A stretch of DNA of 64,000 nt from Armatimonadota bacterium (GTDB lineage: Bacteria; Armatimonadota; Armatimonadia; Armatimonadales; Capsulimonadaceae): contig JANXMY010000042.1 of the NCBI GenBank assembly GCA_025354405.1, positions 13,615 through 77,614 on the forward strand. Reading direction: 5' to 3'. A program made the translations under genes and the position numbers. Below the pieces are notes generated by a model that had not been told where the DNA came from, ran no database searches, and saw only the letters and a program-made list of their open reading frames with translations. Positions within the stretch are counted from its first letter, which is position 1. Every line of letters begins with the position of its first letter. Shown here in pieces: positions 62,413 through 64,000 of the stretch.

Positions 62413-64000
62413 TTATTTGAAACTGGGCAGGATGATTCCGCGCAGCATGATTTTCTGAGCAAATACAAACACAAGAAGGGTTGGAATAGTCGCGAGTGTC
62501 AGAGCGGCCATCATCACGTACTGCGGGGCACCACTGGTCTGCAGCTCATAGACCCAGACCATGAGTGTCCACATATGATGGTCCTGACAGGTCGTCATCG
62601 CATACAAGAAGCTGCCATAGGCCGCCGTGAACGATGCCAGGCCGATATAAGCAAAGATGGGTCGGCTCAGGGGGAGTGTGATCGTCCAGAACATCCGCAG
62701 CTCACTCGCCCCGTCCAGTGTTCCCGCTTCGTACAGCTCACGCGGGAGGCTGTCAAAAAAGCCTTTCAGCAGGAATATTGAGTAGCCACTGGCTGCACCG
62801 GGCAGAATCAGGGCCGCGAACGAGTTCAACAGGCCAAACTGCTTCAAAAGCAGAAAATTCTGGATCAGTGAGACTTCCGAGGGAAACGACATAGTCGCCA
62901 GCAAAAACAGCAGAACTCCGCCGCCGTAAGGCAGATTGTACCGGGACAGGGCATACGCACAGAGTGGGTTTACTACGAGCGTGGTCAAAACCGCCAGCAG
63001 GCAGTAGATAACAGTCACCCATACGGCACGACCGTGCAGCAGAATATACTGGATCACCAGACTGTAGTTGCGCGTGACGAAGTCCTGACGCAGCGCAGTC
63101 CGGTGCGCCAGCACATAGGCCCAGTCGGAGGCTTGAACCGGCATTGCGCCGAGGTGCCAGCGGGTCTCCGGCGTGTCTACCGAGAGCGATGCCAGCGGGG
63201 CAATGTGGAGAAAGCTCAGCCAGTCCAGCAGCGGCGGCCCAGTGGCGGGGAGAGTGTCCGGGTCAGGAAGAGCCAAAGCCGTCGGTTTCCCACGGGCTTT
63301 CACGAAGGCCTGATACGCAGGCAAAGCAGACGGGGCAACAACGACATTCCTAAAAGGCATTTTTGTGCGGACAAACGTTTCCCAATCTTTGCGCTGGGAG
63401 GCATTTCCTTCGGGTGTCGCAGTCAGATGCGAAGCCGCATACTGACTCGCCGTCCATTCCGGGTGCGCCTCTTCTTTCAGCCATTTTCGATACGGTGGGT
63501 CGGCACCAATCACGGTGAAATAGTGAGGCGGCAGGGTTGCTTCGAAGGCTTTCCAGTCACGAGCTTTGATCGTATCGTCCGGTGTCCAGGAGCGTTTTGT
63601 CGGCTGCTCGAACGGCGGGAAGACTGTCCCAAACTCTTCGTCTTCCTGATTGTAAGCCCGGTCGAGGGCCAGAATATCGCCGTGAAAATGTTCACGCAAG
63701 TAGCGGTGATAACGGTCCAGAAGAGGACTGGGGCTGAAGGCCGCCGCCGCTCCGCTGAAGCCAGTGGTCCGGTACCGGGCAGGGAGAGCCGAGGCAAATG
63801 CCTCCCAGGCCTTCAGGCGGGCGGGGTCAATGGCCCGCGGAGGTACGACATCAGTCAGGAAAGCATAGTTCGTGCCATACGCCGCATTGATCTGTCCGAT
63901 ATCGCCTTTGTATTTATCTTCGGCGTATTTTCCGAAGAGTGCAGTCTCAGAGCGCAGATATCGAGGAATAATCGCGTAGTCAGCCTTTTCGTACTGCGAA
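62413..64000 (-). CDS. ABC sugar-type permease (MalG/BPD_transp_1) fused to a large N-terminal soluble domain; 5' end outside window
   Basis: The EAA loop is LYEAGTLDGASELRMFWTITLP. My translation of 63700-63999 on the minus strand has no stop, so the gene continues past the window edge. The ORF-track start at 63699 is only the first TTG. Confidence 0.75.
   Translation of the reverse strand, partial: SQYEKADYAIIPRYLRSETALFGKYAEDKYKGDIGQINAAYGTNYAFLTDVVPPRAIDPARLKAWEAFASALPARYRTTGFSGAAAAFSPSPLLDRYHRYLREHFHGDILALDRAYNQEDEEFGTVFPPFEQPTKRSWTPDDTIKARDWKAFEATLPPHYFTVIGADPPYRKWLKEEAHPEWTASQYAASHLTATPEGNASQRKDWETFVRTKMPFRNVVVAPSALPAYQAFVKARGKPTALALPDPDTLPATGPPLLDWLSFLHIAPLASLSVDTPETRWHLGAMPVQASDWAYVLAHRTALRQDFVTRNYSLVIQYILLHGRAVWVTVIYCLLAVLTTLVVNPLCAYALSRYNLPYGGGVLLFLLATMSFPSEVSLIQNFLLLKQFGLLNSFAALILPGAASGYSIFLLKGFFDSLPRELYEAGTLDGASELRMFWTITLPLSRPIFAYIGLASFTAAYGSFLYAMTTCQDHHMWTLMVWVYELQTSGAPQYVMMAALTLATIPTLLVFVFAQKIMLRGIILPSFK

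Overview
Chromosomal segment from a moderately high-GC, apparently diderm bacterium. It has a PilQ secretin, type IV pilus (T4P) genes and flagellar genes. There is no rRNA or tRNA, so the lineage cannot be placed from this window. From left to right:
- Carbohydrate block (1-11.4 kb): a GH2 fragment, a Gfo/Idh/MocA oxidoreductase, a secreted GH-like enzyme, then a tightly coupled operon of araA, Zn-ADH, araB, araD, HAD and an NDP-sugar pyrophosphorylase.
- Housekeeping genes: eno, TauE, amidase, pepF, methyltransferase, MFS, ispG, a yidR-like gene.
- A split T4P locus: pilMNO, a PilP-like gene and pilQ, then a terminator, then pilB-HDOD-pilT. About 7 kb of unrelated genes follow: a giant BatA/vWA protein, a decayed IS200/RAYT-like gene inside 79-bp inverted repeats, and a CrtI-like oxidoreductase. 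After these come an MraZ-STAS fusion gene, pilC and a sigma factor fused to a degenerate GGDEF domain.
- PadR/NDH-2, two secreted proteins, argS, and a DUF1385-like gene.
- An islet bracketed by IS1-like remnants that carries a ricin-lectin protein.
- fliC-fliD-fliS plus a small gene.
- MscS, an AT-rich Fic islet, two uncharacterised genes, and a fused ABC permease that runs off the window.

The best candidate for something undescribed is the regulatory trio around pilC: the MraZ-STAS fusion, a sigma-28-like promoter, and a sigma factor carrying a degenerate GGDEF domain that keeps an RxxD I-site. No anti-sigma kinase is visible. No pilin, prepilin peptidase, CRISPR array, tRNA or rRNA was seen. 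All domain calls come from reading the translations by eye; no searches were run.
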